NCBI GenBank assembly: GCA_032718475.1
Contig: JAUCBJ010009074.1
Span: 13,479-77,478 of the forward strand
Source of the DNA: Nemertoderma westbladi
Lineage: Eukaryota > Animalia > Xenacoelomorpha
Reading direction: 5' to 3'
DNA: 64,000 nt
Below are positions 27,947 to 39,344 of this stretch, piece after piece (position 1 is the first letter of the stretch; every line of letters begins with the position of its first letter). The notes below the pieces were generated by a model that saw nothing but the letters and a program-made list of their open reading frames with translations, made no database searches and was not told the DNA's origin. A program made the translations under genes and the position numbers.

Positions 27947-29189
27947 TGTAAAAGCCTTTGCTGAATTGCCCCGTTATTTTTCTTATTTTTCCATTAAAAT
28001 ACTCTGTAGTTGATTTAATAGGAGTAAGAGACCGTATTATTGCTGTATCGGTGTTTTTTAGAGGATCTAAGAGCTATTTCCTCCGTATGTGTACTGTGAA
28101 AGGCATAGTTGATGATTCTATGGCAATTCCGTGACGCAAAAGGTGATAGCTACTCTTGAACAGTAGTTACTATGACGACGGTTAACAGCTGATATTCATA
28201 CGTGTCGATTTTCTTTGTTCTACGGCGTCTCTCAGTTCAGTCAGCCAATCAGAGCATTTTTATGGCTCTTGTACAGAAATTTCCTAGAAATCACGCAATG
28301 CGTTATGGGCAGTGTTTACATTCTGTCCTGAGCCAGGAGAGAGCGGCTTGGGAATATTTTGTGCTTTTCTGTTTTAGCCTAACACTAGTAGGCTTAATTA
28401 TAAGGACATATATCCGTTATCAAACCAAACCTGACCTCACACTGGCCACTGGTTAACTGGCCCATACTCAATCAACGCAACATACCTAATCTAATATACC
28501 TGTGCATACTTTTATATTGTTATACTGCTATTTACTGTCGGTTCTTCATAATATGGTTGATGAATTATTATATTTGGAATAACGATAAATAACCCCGAAA
28601 ACCCAATATTCTTGATATACCGAAGGTAAGAGAGAAAGGTTACATATAACGATTGTGACTTATGTTAAAGTGGTTTGAAGTGAATCTAATGTTATTTGAT
28701 AGACCCTACATGATTCGGTCCGTGTTCCTTTTATATGTGACTAAAATCAGTGAAGATCGGCAGATCAGTGTGCAGTATTGTGCAGCATTGTGTATGAGTG
28801 AGACTGATAACGAAGCATTTCCTAAAGAATGCGCCATATATGTGAATTGTAACTAAGCCATATCGTTGTGAGTAGTTTAAGTCATAACTCTGTTTATATA
28901 GATAGAGCGCCACGTCCTAAAGGAACTGTTAATATTCCCCGAAGGTGAATAATATTGTCAGAGATTATATAATACTGTCAGTCGAATAATACATTAGGCT
29001 TACATAGCAATACGATTAAGCCGTCGAACCCAATCTCCCGGGTATATCCAGCGGGTGAATGATCGCGCACCGATTGGTTTCGACTAGTGTAGTGAATCAA
29101 ATACTTGTCAGAGGCTAAAAGTGATTTATTATCTAGAAGACATCCTAATTTGGCGGGTTAAACTGCTAAAGGTCTGAAAGCGCGAAAAC
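27947..29189 (+). repeat. LTR of the degenerate BEL/Pao copy (~1.2 kb)
   Basis: Starts TGTAAAAGCC after the PPT and is homologous to 50201-51379. Homology ends at 'aaggtctgaaagcgcgaaaac'. Confidence 0.8.
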
Positions 29190-30190
29190 TTATAAATTTG
29201 CAAATCCCGACTACAACGTCCTAAATCGAAATTTAAACGCTCAACTGTATCTTTGCAGTGATAGAGAACTACTTTAAGTTGGTCATAGATAGATTCAGTA
29301 GGTTCTGAAACAACAGAATAGTCATTCAATGCGAAAGTGAAATCACTGAATTTGAAGTTTGTATCGGATGGATTTATTTCACGTTTAATAAAACCCTTTA
29401 GTATCTTCATTGTAATATCTGTATCTATAACGATAGAAACCCGAGGTAGGCGGCGTAGGCCTAATACTTTCTGTAAATATATCAGATCGTCTACTGACAT
29501 TTTACGACATCCACTTATGTCTAAAGTTCGCAAACTTCCTAGTTGGTAAAGCTAACTAAGTCCCGCAGAGGTGACATCGCATACTGGAGGAGAGCACAAG
29601 GATATCAGGTTGGGACAGGACTGTGCTATAGCGTTGACTGTGTCATCATTTACGGCCAAGGTTTTCAACTTTAGTGTGTTGAGTTGGGGGAATTGAACTT
29701 TACCAAATATCCAAGTATCCCCCTCCATTAGGGCAGTACTGCAGTACGGTGGGTCAAAAATATATCCTCCTCCATCTCTCTCAACCCATGAGACATTGGG
29801 CCTAATGGGACCCATCGTAAAAGATTGATAATTAAATCTTCAGGAAATTTCTCGCCAAACACTTCACCAATACCGGTACCATAGAATAGTTTAACTATGA
29901 TATCTAGGGGAAAGAAACATTGATCTAAGAATATGTCTTTATACTGTTATAGGATTCCATAATGTAGTACAAAGTTATTTCTTGTTGGTTGCGAGGCATT
30001 AGGGAGGGTTGGGCGGGCGGCGGAGGTTGTTCATTATATAGAAGTTCCAGTTGATTAAATGCCAATAGATATAGGAACGCAGTATATATTTTCTCATGAC
30101 CATACGAAGTCTAGGTGCAGCCAACGCTAGCCAGTGACAGACTTCAGTAATATCGAGAGATTTTTTCTGATATTCGGCGGTTACAATTAC
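29190..30190 (-). pseudogene. Cysteine-containing LRR (FBXL/AMN1-like) pseudogene fragment
   Basis: FPQLNTLKL...VNDDTVNAIAQSCPNLISL...VTSAGLS*LYQLGSLRTLDISGCRKMSVDD. ORFs 29552-29815 and 29129-29533 are in one frame, separated by one TAG. The upstream part is degraded. Confidence 0.7.
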
Positions 30191-31254
30191 CTTTGATAAT
30201 GTCCGGGTGACACCTGTATAACATACAGTATTTCCTGTAATGTTAGGATACGGCCATCCGAGTTTGAATAACTACTGCGTTGTTCACTATATCCATGGTT
30301 GCGGTAATCACCTACGGTACGGACAGACTGTCAGTACGTATGTCGAAGTCGTACCGGTAGCCTACTACAGTACCACAGTACTACTACTTGAAAGTTGGAA
30401 CATAGTAACTGACTGCCGGTCACTGGTCGGCTGGTAGCCTAATCACCCAACTACTACTGTACACTCACTTAGCACTTTTTGTTCGGGAAAATCTTTGCCT
30501 GAAATCTTAAAGGATTATAGATAAATACAAAATACGACAGTTCAATTTATTTTATTATATTAATTTGCATTTGCATCTTTTATTTATGAATATACTGTAT
30601 TTAGCGACAAAAACGTACAAATAAAAGAATATTGCGAATTACAGTACATGGGAATAAATAAAGAAACATTTGTTGATTTGTGGTAACGTAGCAACACTTT
30701 CGGTTGGGAATTCAAATTGTTACTGGCCATACTGCAGACTGGCGGATTGTCCTATTGAACAAAACAGCTTCATGACATTATTGGTTGTGTGTGGTTCCTT
30801 CACATTTATGTTGACTTTTTCGGTCCGCATCTCCTTACCTGTTACTCCAAACGTGTTTGCCGCTCACTCTAATCGCATTATGTACAATTTATGCGTAATC
30901 CAACGAGGCCGAGGTGAGGACGACGAATCCATCGAAGAAATTAAACTCGAAATATAATTATGAAACCAAACGGCGCCGAAGCCTACTACCGTTGGTTTGG
31001 ATGGTTGTTGATTGTAGTGACATTATACAGTGTATTATCTGACGTCGATTGTTAAAGCAGAGAAAATCGCGGTGAAATCTGTGAGTTTAATAAGCTGAAT
31101 TAGTTAGTTGGTAGGTACCGATAGCAGGATTGCTACCGGAATGTAGCAGAGGCATAGCGAGTCCTTCTGGCTGGCGCCCAGGGGAATGAAGCTGAGATGC
31201 CCCTAAAGCCTAAGTAAAGCCCCTAAATTTAGTGGGTCAGTTATTTCTCTTAGA

Positions 31255-33443
31255 TACTACTACTACTAGGATCGGCATGCTGCATTGCAGCTGCATTTTT
31301 AAGAATGCTGTGCCGGCTTATCGACAAAATTGCACCGCCACAACTCCCTATCACCCATGACATTTGCTAGATCATCCGCATCTTCAAGGCCAGTGTCCTT
31401 TAAGATGCGTCTCAAGAAAGTCATTGGCTGTCCGCCATGCTTATTCACCCCATGAGGCTGCCAAAGTACAAGATTATGCACTGGCTGGTCCTCACGGCGA
31501 AAGCAATGTCCTGCAAAGCGGAGGCGATTTTGTTCTAGTGTCAAGCTTGGGGGATCCAATGTAACACCTCCAATGTTATATAGTGTCTGGTTGGAGATGT
31601 GTGCATTGAACTTGACACAATGAACCCGGCGTAGCATTCTTGTGAATGTGCCATCCAGAGATTTGGTGTCCTCAGCAGTTAGAGCCCAGCATGGACTCCC
31701 ATAGAGGAGTGCTGTAACTACTGCTGCTCTAATTAACCGGACCTTAAGTTTCCGATTAATTCTCGGTGCCTTCCAAATCCTGGAAAGCCTATTCAAGGCT
31801 GCCCATGCCTTTCCCTTACGTATTCGAAGGTCCTCACCTGACTTCCGGATCCATGATCCCAGGTAACAGAAGTCATCCACATGCTCAAGCATATCATCTT
31901 TTGAGCTTATGCTCATCCGATCAGAGACTTGCTGAGGACTTTCAAAGTTAACTGTCAAAATTTTGGTCTTTCTGGAGTTAATAAAAAGACCAACACTAGA
32001 AGCAGCATGTTCTGATGAGCTGAGGAGCCGTTGGGCTCCCTCTAGTGATTCTGAGAGTACTCCTAAGTCATCAGCAAAGTCTAGATCAGTTAGGTACTTG
32101 GCAGGATTTCCTCGACTTCTGGAGCCAGTAGGTGGAGTTATCATCACCCCATCATCATTATGACGATCTAAGTACATGCGTAGAACATAGTCAACAACAA
32201 TTATGAACAAGAATGGTGCAAGTGTGTCTCCCTGGAGGACGCCCCATAACACTCCAAATGGTTCTGTGTCACCGTCAACAGTAGACACAAGTGTTGTCGA
32301 ACCATCGTATACTGATCTGATTGCTGCAATAATTTAATCAGGAATCCCATATAATGAAAGTATGCTGAACATACGTGAGCGAGAGACTGAATCAAAGGCC
32401 TTGAAGAAGTCAACAAAGATAACAGCCAGATGCCTGTCTTTCTTTTTTGATAACTCTTCAATTATCCTTCTAAGTGCCAAAATGGGCTCCATGGTCCCAC
32501 GACCTTTACGGAACCCATTCTGATTTCCACGGAGCAGTCTCTCAATGGGATCCCTGATGCGATTTAATAGAATTCTATTGTATAGCTTTGCAGCAATCGA
32601 GATCAATGAGATTCCCCGAAAAGAACCATAGAGTGTTAGGTTGCCCTTCTTGGGAACTGGCACCAACTTATTAGTTTTCATTTCTTGTGGGACTCTTGTT
32701 GTACGGTACATGTCTACTATGATGGGATAGATGAGCTTTAAACACTCCGGTATTTTAAAGACCTCAGGGGGAACACCATCTACTCCACTGGCACGATTGG
32801 TCTTAATGCTCTTTGCAGCAGCCTTCACTTCTGCAAAGGAGATATCGCCAATGGGAATATCTGGGAGTACAGACTCAGACACTTTTACTTCTATAAAGTT
32901 ATCAGGCAATACCCTGTCATTATTGAGGAGCTTTTCAAAGTGGGCCTTCCAACCATTGAGGCGATCGGCTGGTGATTCAGCCTTAACCTTGGTGGTTGGT
33001 TGGCTTTTTCGACCAGCAAGCAAGTTGATCGATCTCCATGCCTGTGATGATTGCCTGCTGTCGTCAGCATCATTGATGGCATCAACCTGTTGGTTTATAA
33101 GCTCCTGTAAATTAACAGAGTACTGCCTGTTCAGGGACCTAGATGCAGCTTTAACTGCATTCTTGGCCGCTGTAATCTGTTTGAGTCGGGACTCTTTCTG
33201 CGCCTTGTAGAGGTCATTTCGGCACTTCTGAATTTTGTTAGTCAGTCCAGGGGGCCCGTTTCCTGTCTCGAGGGTATACAGGAACTGTTTCTGCATCTGC
33301 TAACTTAACTGCCTCTGCGAAGGCAGTATAGCCCTCACAGTGATCTGCCGCCTCAGAGGCAAGAGCCTCATACCTGTTGCTCAGCTGTAGTGTGAAGCTG
33401 GATCTCACACTTGCATTGCTCTCACACTCTTAGATAGAATCCT
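31255..33443 (-). mobile_element. 5'-truncated RTE-clade LINE with (TAG)n 3' tail
   Basis: RT motifs NQNGFRKGRG, FVDFFKAFDSV, GVLQGDTLAP and DLDFADD. Tail tactactactactag at 31255-31269. Confidence 0.9.
31299..33296 (-). pseudogene. RTE reverse transcriptase ORF with one in-frame stop
   Basis: ORFs 32334-33296 and 31299-32288 share a frame and are separated by TAA at 32334-32336. The related copy near 47617 has a sense codon at this position. Confidence 0.9.
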
Positions 33444-34434
33444 TTAAACAATAGGTTTACCGTGTCGAAAGTACTTCGCCCTAACCAAAAATATGTCCTC
33501 TTTCAGATGAGACAAATAAAAATTGAATAGCTCCAGTTGTTTTCGAGATATGAGGAGTTCCTGGCACCCGCATGCCATATCAGCACCTTTCGGAATTGAA
33601 AAAATACTCATCCCTGCAAACATCACCCTTCAAAGACTTGGGTATAACCATTAAACCATACTAATGCTTTTTTGGTTTGATAAATTCATTATTAGTAATC
33701 GAAAGTGAGATTAGAAGCAAAATTGAACTTTTTATTTTTTTAATAGATATACTAAAACAGCACCAAAAGTGCAAGTAGCTCAAAATTTTCAAATAGACAA
33801 AAGTGGTAATTTGGCCGTATAGTTAGGCTACTGAGGTTTTAGAATATGCTAATTTCATTGGCAAGCTTTATAAAATTGTGGTATTGTCGAAAATGGTACG
33901 AAAATGATAAGTTTCATCCATCACAAGCCATTTCATTGCAAACTCATTTTCAAAATGGCGTTTATTATGTTCTAATTAATTAAATTTTGCTGCCATTCAC
34001 TATTTGCACATTACTATTCACATAGTTACAAATAGTTACAAATAAAAAGCGACTGAATAATTAATTTTTTGTTGACGAGTTTTAAATTCTATAATTGTAT
34101 CCTTCCTAGAGCACTGGGAGTGTTCCTTTGCAACATTTTTTCCAAAGACATTGCAGACCGTGGTAAAGACAACCTTAATAGTGTTCTGTATATGTTTATC
34201 ACAACCAATGTCCATAAATGGGCTGTGTTCAAAAACGTGATTCAAAACCACTTGCGCAACCTTTCTGTTTGGGAATTCTTGTTCTATAATTACGGTCTCA
34301 GCTCGATCCAAAATTACAAAGGCATGTTTTACTAGTTCACGAAGACTTTCTGTAGGGAATATTAACCCGCCCTGATCTAAAAGTTTAAAATAACGGTGTT
34401 ATTTTAACTGATTCTTTATGTACACCGAGTGTTT

Positions 34435-34994
34435 GGGGGCGTTCATAAAGTATGTCACGCAAATTTTTCCGATTTTTGACCCCCCCCCCCTTTCCCCCCT
34501 CTGTCACAAAGTGTCACACAAGCTCGACCCCCCCCCCCCGGCCTCTGTCACATTAGACAATTTGTAATACCCCCCCCCCCCCCCCCCCCCGACAAAAACA
34601 TTTTATTGTAATAATACACAATGTTTGTTATGCCAAAATAGAAAATACAATATTAATTCAATCACTATATCTACATTTAACCACGGTTCTTATTCTATAT
34701 TAATAACAGGTATTACAGTGTTGGAGTCAATGGCTTCTATGTCCTACTCAATTTATCGATTATACTCAATGTTTGAGTTTATTGTTTTCCTTAAAGTTAC
34801 CCACTCTTCTACACATGTGTGAAAGTCAAAAGCCAAGATAACATCAAAGTATAGGCCTACCGTAGAACATCGCCGTGACCGTCACAAAAGTCGTCACCCC
34901 CTCCCCCCTCTGTCACAAAATGTCGCGCAAGCTCTAACCACCCCCCCCCCCCCCCTCCCTCCCCTAGTGCGTGACATACTTTATGAACGCCCCC
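34435..34994. mobile_element. 560-bp MITE, PIF/Harbinger-like
   Basis: Perfect 27-bp TIR GGGGGCGTTCATAAAGTATGTCACGCA. 3-bp TSD TTT (34432-34434 / 34995-34997). Internal poly-C and tgtcacaaa repeats. Inserted in the transposase coding sequence. Confidence 0.9.
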
Positions 34995-36041
34995 TTTGAA
35001 CTAGCAGTCATTACATTGATATTTCTTTAGTAACTTGTGCGCTATGTAGCCAGCTACACAAACAGTAGCCTCGGTTGTCGCCTCATCAACAGCATAAACA
35101 AAGTCGATAATATCGATATTCTCTAATAGATCAGTGAAATCGAAATCCTGAGATCGATCTACAATAACGTCATCTAAACAAATATTCTTCTTTAGCATAG
35201 ATTTAACACGAATGATATTTTCCGACCTAATAACTTCTAATAAGCCCACCAAAAAACGACCCCCACTCATTTGCCTGTACTTTGAATAGTGGCGTTCTAA
35301 TGGATCTGTTTGAAGTCGTCCTGTAAGAACAAATTCATAATCATCGCTATATAACAACTCAAAACACAAGTTGGCCATTGATCGGTTTGTTTGTATTAGT
35401 GCTTGCCGTGTCGCCGAAGTAAGCAGTTTATTCGAGGGAATTATTTCAATATCCAACCAATCAGCAAACTCCCTGAGAAATTCAAACTTTCCATCACTTT
35501 TAATCATTGCGTTTCCAATAGGAATTTTACGATACCGTTCTTTGGCGTTGACGACTAACCACATACAGGAGCAACGTTTTGCTTCTTGTTGCCAAAATGA
35601 GTGACACTGTAGGTTAATTTAGGAGCCAATCGCAAAGAGCTTAGGATAACAGAATCGATTTCCTCTACTCGGTAAAGGAGGGACCATTTTACTTTTCCTG
35701 TGGGAACAAACAGTAAAGGTTTTCTTGTCAAGTTTGTAAACAAAGGGTTTTCCAATATTAAATAGTTTCTGATTGGCTAAACTATTTCGAACATTTTTAA
35801 TAAGATGAATGGGATCATATATAAAGAATATGTTCTTGTTAGAAATAGATGCCATAGAACAAAATTTATCACCTGGTTTCTTTGATGAAAGACTATTTTT
35901 TTTTTTTTTTTTTTTTATAGCTACACCCCCCTGTCGGGGTAAAAGTTTTATTTAATAATTAATTGATAAAATATAAATAAAAATAAAAATTAATATAACT
36001 CAATAAAAGTAATTTATAATAGCGTATCCCAGTAATATATG

Positions 36042-38819
36042 TCACATCTTGGCCAGTTCGGATAGTGAAGGGCAGAGTTGACATGCTAAAGCGTGGTATC
36101 GGTCGGCGCAGGGCAGACTGCAATACCGGCAGATGCAGGAATCGGCAGGTTCGTGGAAACCTATCCCCGTCCCACACAGTCGGTGATGGAAGCCGTGGAC
36201 TGTCGCCCTCGTGACTACATGTCGGTTTCGCTGTCCAGCTGTACGCCACGTGGAAGACTGAAAAGCTGGGCCCCTGGTGTAACCTTCGTCGATAAAGTTC
36301 TGTTGGCGCTCGTCACGAAATTGTCTGTACTGTTGAAATACATCTGGGTTAAAAGCGTTGGGATATTTCCGGATAATGTCGTCGGTACATGTAGATTCTC
36401 CCACTAAGTTTAATGCTAAAGTCGCTGATGATGACGTATGTATCCTGAGCAGCCGTTTGATAAAAGCGACTTTACATTTGTCGATTTCTTTTAAATTTCG
36501 CAAGTTCAGAAAGGGACCAAATTCTTGTATACAGTATGTCATAATGGGAAGTATTTTACCGTGAAATATAATCATGCCAGACCGGACTGACATTAAGTGT
36601 AATTTAGTTAGACTCCCAATAATCTTGAAAATATTCAGTTTCTTCTCCGCAATATGTTGAGAAAAGGATAGTGAGGTCTGCAAAGTCAAGCCCAGATACT
36701 CGTATTCATTCACTATTTCTATCAATGAGTTACCAAAATAAAATTTGTCTGTGTTGGCTATGCGACCAGCTTTTCGAAATTTGACCATCTTAGATTTCTT
36801 CATGTTAACAATCATTCCATTTTTAATACACCAATTATATAATACATCCAGTGCTCTTCTAATCAATTCAGGATTCTCAGAGTAAATGACAAGGTCATCT
36901 GCGTAAAAAATAAACAATAGGTCGTTGCCAATTTCTCTGAGACTATCTGCTAGGTCTACTAAGAATAAAATAAAACATGTTGGCGAGAAGCAGTCACCTT
37001 GGAGTATACCTCGCAGCTGCTGAATAAATCTAGAGAAACGTAGACCATCGAAGACGATAATATAATTCTGGAGCAGGTTCTTAATTAAATTGAAGAGTTT
37101 ACCTTTTATTCCGAAGTTATATAACTTTATCAGTAATAGAGAGCGGTTGACCATGTCAAAGGCCTTTGTGAAGTCTACAAAAAGTACGTACATTTTGTTA
37201 CCCGATCGACCCGAGATTGCAGAGAGTAGTTTAGAAACCGCCTGACGAGTTGACCTTCCTTTAGAGAAACCAAACTGTTCCGGAGGTATTTTTTCTTTTA
37301 GAAACTCGCGGACCCTCGAGTTTATGATTGATGTTAAGACTTTTAGCATAGTACATATGAGAGCAATGCCGCGGTAGTTGGATGGATCCGTTAACCCACC
37401 TCTGCCCTTGTAAAGCAACTTAATTATGCTGTTTTTCCAAGCCGAGGGTAATTTCCCAGCAGATAAACATAGATTAAATAATGTGCATAGAGTTACAATT
37501 AATAAAATTCCCAGGTGCTTTAAGTGTTCGTAGTAGATCCCGTCTGGGCCACTGGCTTTTTTGTTAGGTGTTTCCTCGATAACGCTTCGAACTTCTGCAT
37601 CCTTAAAATCTCTGTTGTACCATGCGTCTTTTGATAGTTCATTGTCATCCGGTTTTGGAGTTTCTAGGGTTTGTGGGCCAAGCCCTGGAGACCCTAGCAA
37701 CTCACTGAAATGTTTTTCGATGACATTGGCATCAATGGGCGCAACTCTATGACTGCTTGACTTATGCAGTAACCATGGGTTCATATTTGAATCTTTAACT
37801 TTTTCACTCAGTTCAGTCTGTTCATAGCCCGCACGCTTAGATTTCACTAGATTATTATATCGTCGGCGTAAACCCCAATAGACCAGTTGATTGTCATGTC
37901 TACGTCTGAATACATCCATTAACTCTCCCTTTAGTTGCCTGCATTCACTGTCGAACCAAGGTTTGTGGTGGGAAAAGCGCTTTGTGGAAGACGTTGATTC
38001 GGTGATTGCCCTTGAGAGAGACATACAAGCGGCGTCTATGTCACCCTCTTCCAGATACTCCATGGTATTAGCAGTTTGTGCGTGTCCAACAAACTTTCCG
38101 TATGAAATGCGCCGAGAGTAATTCCGTTTAAAATCATTTGTAGTAGGGGTTGCTGATACTGAGTACTTGCATGTTATAGTAACAGGCCAGTGTTTGCGCA
38201 TTGATGTTGGCATGACTAGTGCCGGGTTTGTATAATTGGCTTGACTTTGGTTATTCATAATCGGCCTGACGAACAGCAAATCTATTACACTGTCTCCCTG
38301 GGGTGAGTGATAAGTAATTTCGTTTTTGTCGGAGACGCATATCAGTCCAAAAGATTCCAGGCATCTAACTAGTCTGTCTCCACGGTTTCCCTTGTCTAGG
38401 CGGCAGTTAAAGTCACCGCCTATGAGAATAGATTTATCTGGGTCAAGCTTCGAGATTTCATTTGTGATCTGAAGGCATATTTCCTCCACTGGTTGGTTAG
38501 GCTGGAAATAAAACACCATATACTGTGAGGTAGTTGTATTTATTGCAACATGATTACTTGATTGGTTAATTAGGTTAGGATTTAGCCAAGGTTTCACCAG
38601 TATGGCAAGGCCTCCGGAAGGACGCCCACTATTGGGTTTGACAGCTGGTTGCATATAAGCGTAGTAACCGGGAATCCTGTTAGACAAATCTGTTGATGTA
38701 TATAACGTTTCGGTGCACAGCATCACATCAGCGTTGTTAGTAACTAATTCCGATGAGAAATGATCAGTTAAATATTGTAAACCTTCCACGTTCCACAGTC
38801 TCACACTAATGGTTGCCAT
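36042..38819 (-). CDS. LINE ORF2: APE endonuclease + reverse transcriptase + C-terminal Cys/His-rich domain (first ATG 38819; frame open upstream to 39344)
   Basis: WNVEGL, CTET, GGDFN, IDLLFV; QFGFSKGRST, FVDFTKAFD, GILQGD, YADD; HGFHHRLC...CICRYC...YHALAC. Confidence 0.95.
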   Translation of the reverse strand: MATISVRLWNVEGLQYLTDHFSSELVTNNADVMLCTETLYTSTDLSNRIPGYYAYMQPAVKPNSGRPSGGLAILVKPWLNPNLINQSSNHVAINTTTSQYMVFYFQPNQPVEEICLQITNEISKLDPDKSILIGGDFNCRLDKGNRGDRLVRCLESFGLICVSDKNEITYHSPQGDSVIDLLFVRPIMNNQSQANYTNPALVMPTSMRKHWPVTITCKYSVSATPTTNDFKRNYSRRISYGKFVGHAQTANTMEYLEEGDIDAACMSLSRAITESTSSTKRFSHHKPWFDSECRQLKGELMDVFRRRHDNQLVYWGLRRRYNNLVKSKRAGYEQTELSEKVKDSNMNPWLLHKSSSHRVAPIDANVIEKHFSELLGSPGLGPQTLETPKPDDNELSKDAWYNRDFKDAEVRSVIEETPNKKASGPDGIYYEHLKHLGILLIVTLCTLFNLCLSAGKLPSAWKNSIIKLLYKGRGGLTDPSNYRGIALICTMLKVLTSIINSRVREFLKEKIPPEQFGFSKGRSTRQAVSKLLSAISGRSGNKMYVLFVDFTKAFDMVNRSLLLIKLYNFGIKGKLFNLIKNLLQNYIIVFDGLRFSRFIQQLRGILQGDCFSPTCFILFLVDLADSLREIGNDLLFIFYADDLVIYSENPELIRRALDVLYNWCIKNGMIVNMKKSKMVKFRKAGRIANTDKFYFGNSLIEIVNEYEYLGLTLQTSLSFSQHIAEKKLNIFKIIGSLTKLHLMSVRSGMIIFHGKILPIMTYCIQEFGPFLNLRNLKEIDKCKVAFIKRLLRIHTSSSATLALNLVGESTCTDDIIRKYPNAFNPDVFQQYRQFRDERQQNFIDEGYTRGPAFQSSTWRTAGQRNRHVVTRATVHGFHHRLCGTGIGFHEPADSCICRYCSLPCADRYHALACQLCPSLSELAKM

Positions 38820-38899
38820 AATTGGTTGATTATTGCATCCTCCAGTAGGGGGAGCTGCCACGCTGTGGGGGGCTGTAGGATCGCCTGGCGAGGTGGCAG

Positions 38900-39335
38900 A
38901 CGCGCCATTGGGCGCGAGTTGGGCGCTGAATCCAGGGGGGACCACGGCGGTGGGCGTGGGCACACGTTGGGGGTTGAGTCCGGGGGGGGCCACGGCGGTG
39001 GGCGCACGTAGGGCGCTGAGTCCCGTAGGGACCGTTGCGACGGGCGTGGGCACATGTTGGGCGCTGAGTCCGGGAGGGACTGCGGCGGTGGGCGCACGTA
39101 GGGCGCTGAGTCTGGTAGGGACCGCTGCGACGGGCGTGGGCACACGTTGGGCGCTGAGTCCGGGAGTGACTGCGGCGGTGGGCGCACGTAGGGCGCTGAG
39201 TCCGGTAGGGACCGCTGCGACGGGCGTGGGCACACGTTGGGCGCTGAGTCCGGGATGGACTGCGGAGGTGGGCACGCGTTGGGCGTTGAGTCCGGGAGGG
39301 ACCACGATGGTGGGCGCTTGTTGGGGGCTGAGTTC
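38900..39335. repeat. GC-rich tandem repeat (alternating ~57/63-bp units) between ORF1 and ORF2
   Basis: Recurrent 'gggcgctgagtcc...ggtgggcgcacgta' and 'gggcgtgggcacacgttgg' with a ~120-bp period. Confidence 0.9.
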
Positions 39336-39344
39336 TGTTGCGAG

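Larger units (their letters stand above)
25440..29189 (+). mobile_element. Degenerate, 5'-truncated, internally deleted relative of the BEL/Pao element at 50201-64000 (3' module plus LTR)
   Basis: About 25880-27715 aligns by eye to about 58560-60595, and 27716-27946 aligns to about 63325-63556. PPT 'tctgggagcgg' is followed by TGT at 27947 and then LTR homology. Confidence 0.9.

Noticed and set aside
29129-29189. LRR ORF as part of the LTR element
   Set aside because: The ORF runs only ~20 codons into the LTR, and the equivalent frame in the 50201 LTR stops earlier. Chance readthrough at the junction is simpler.
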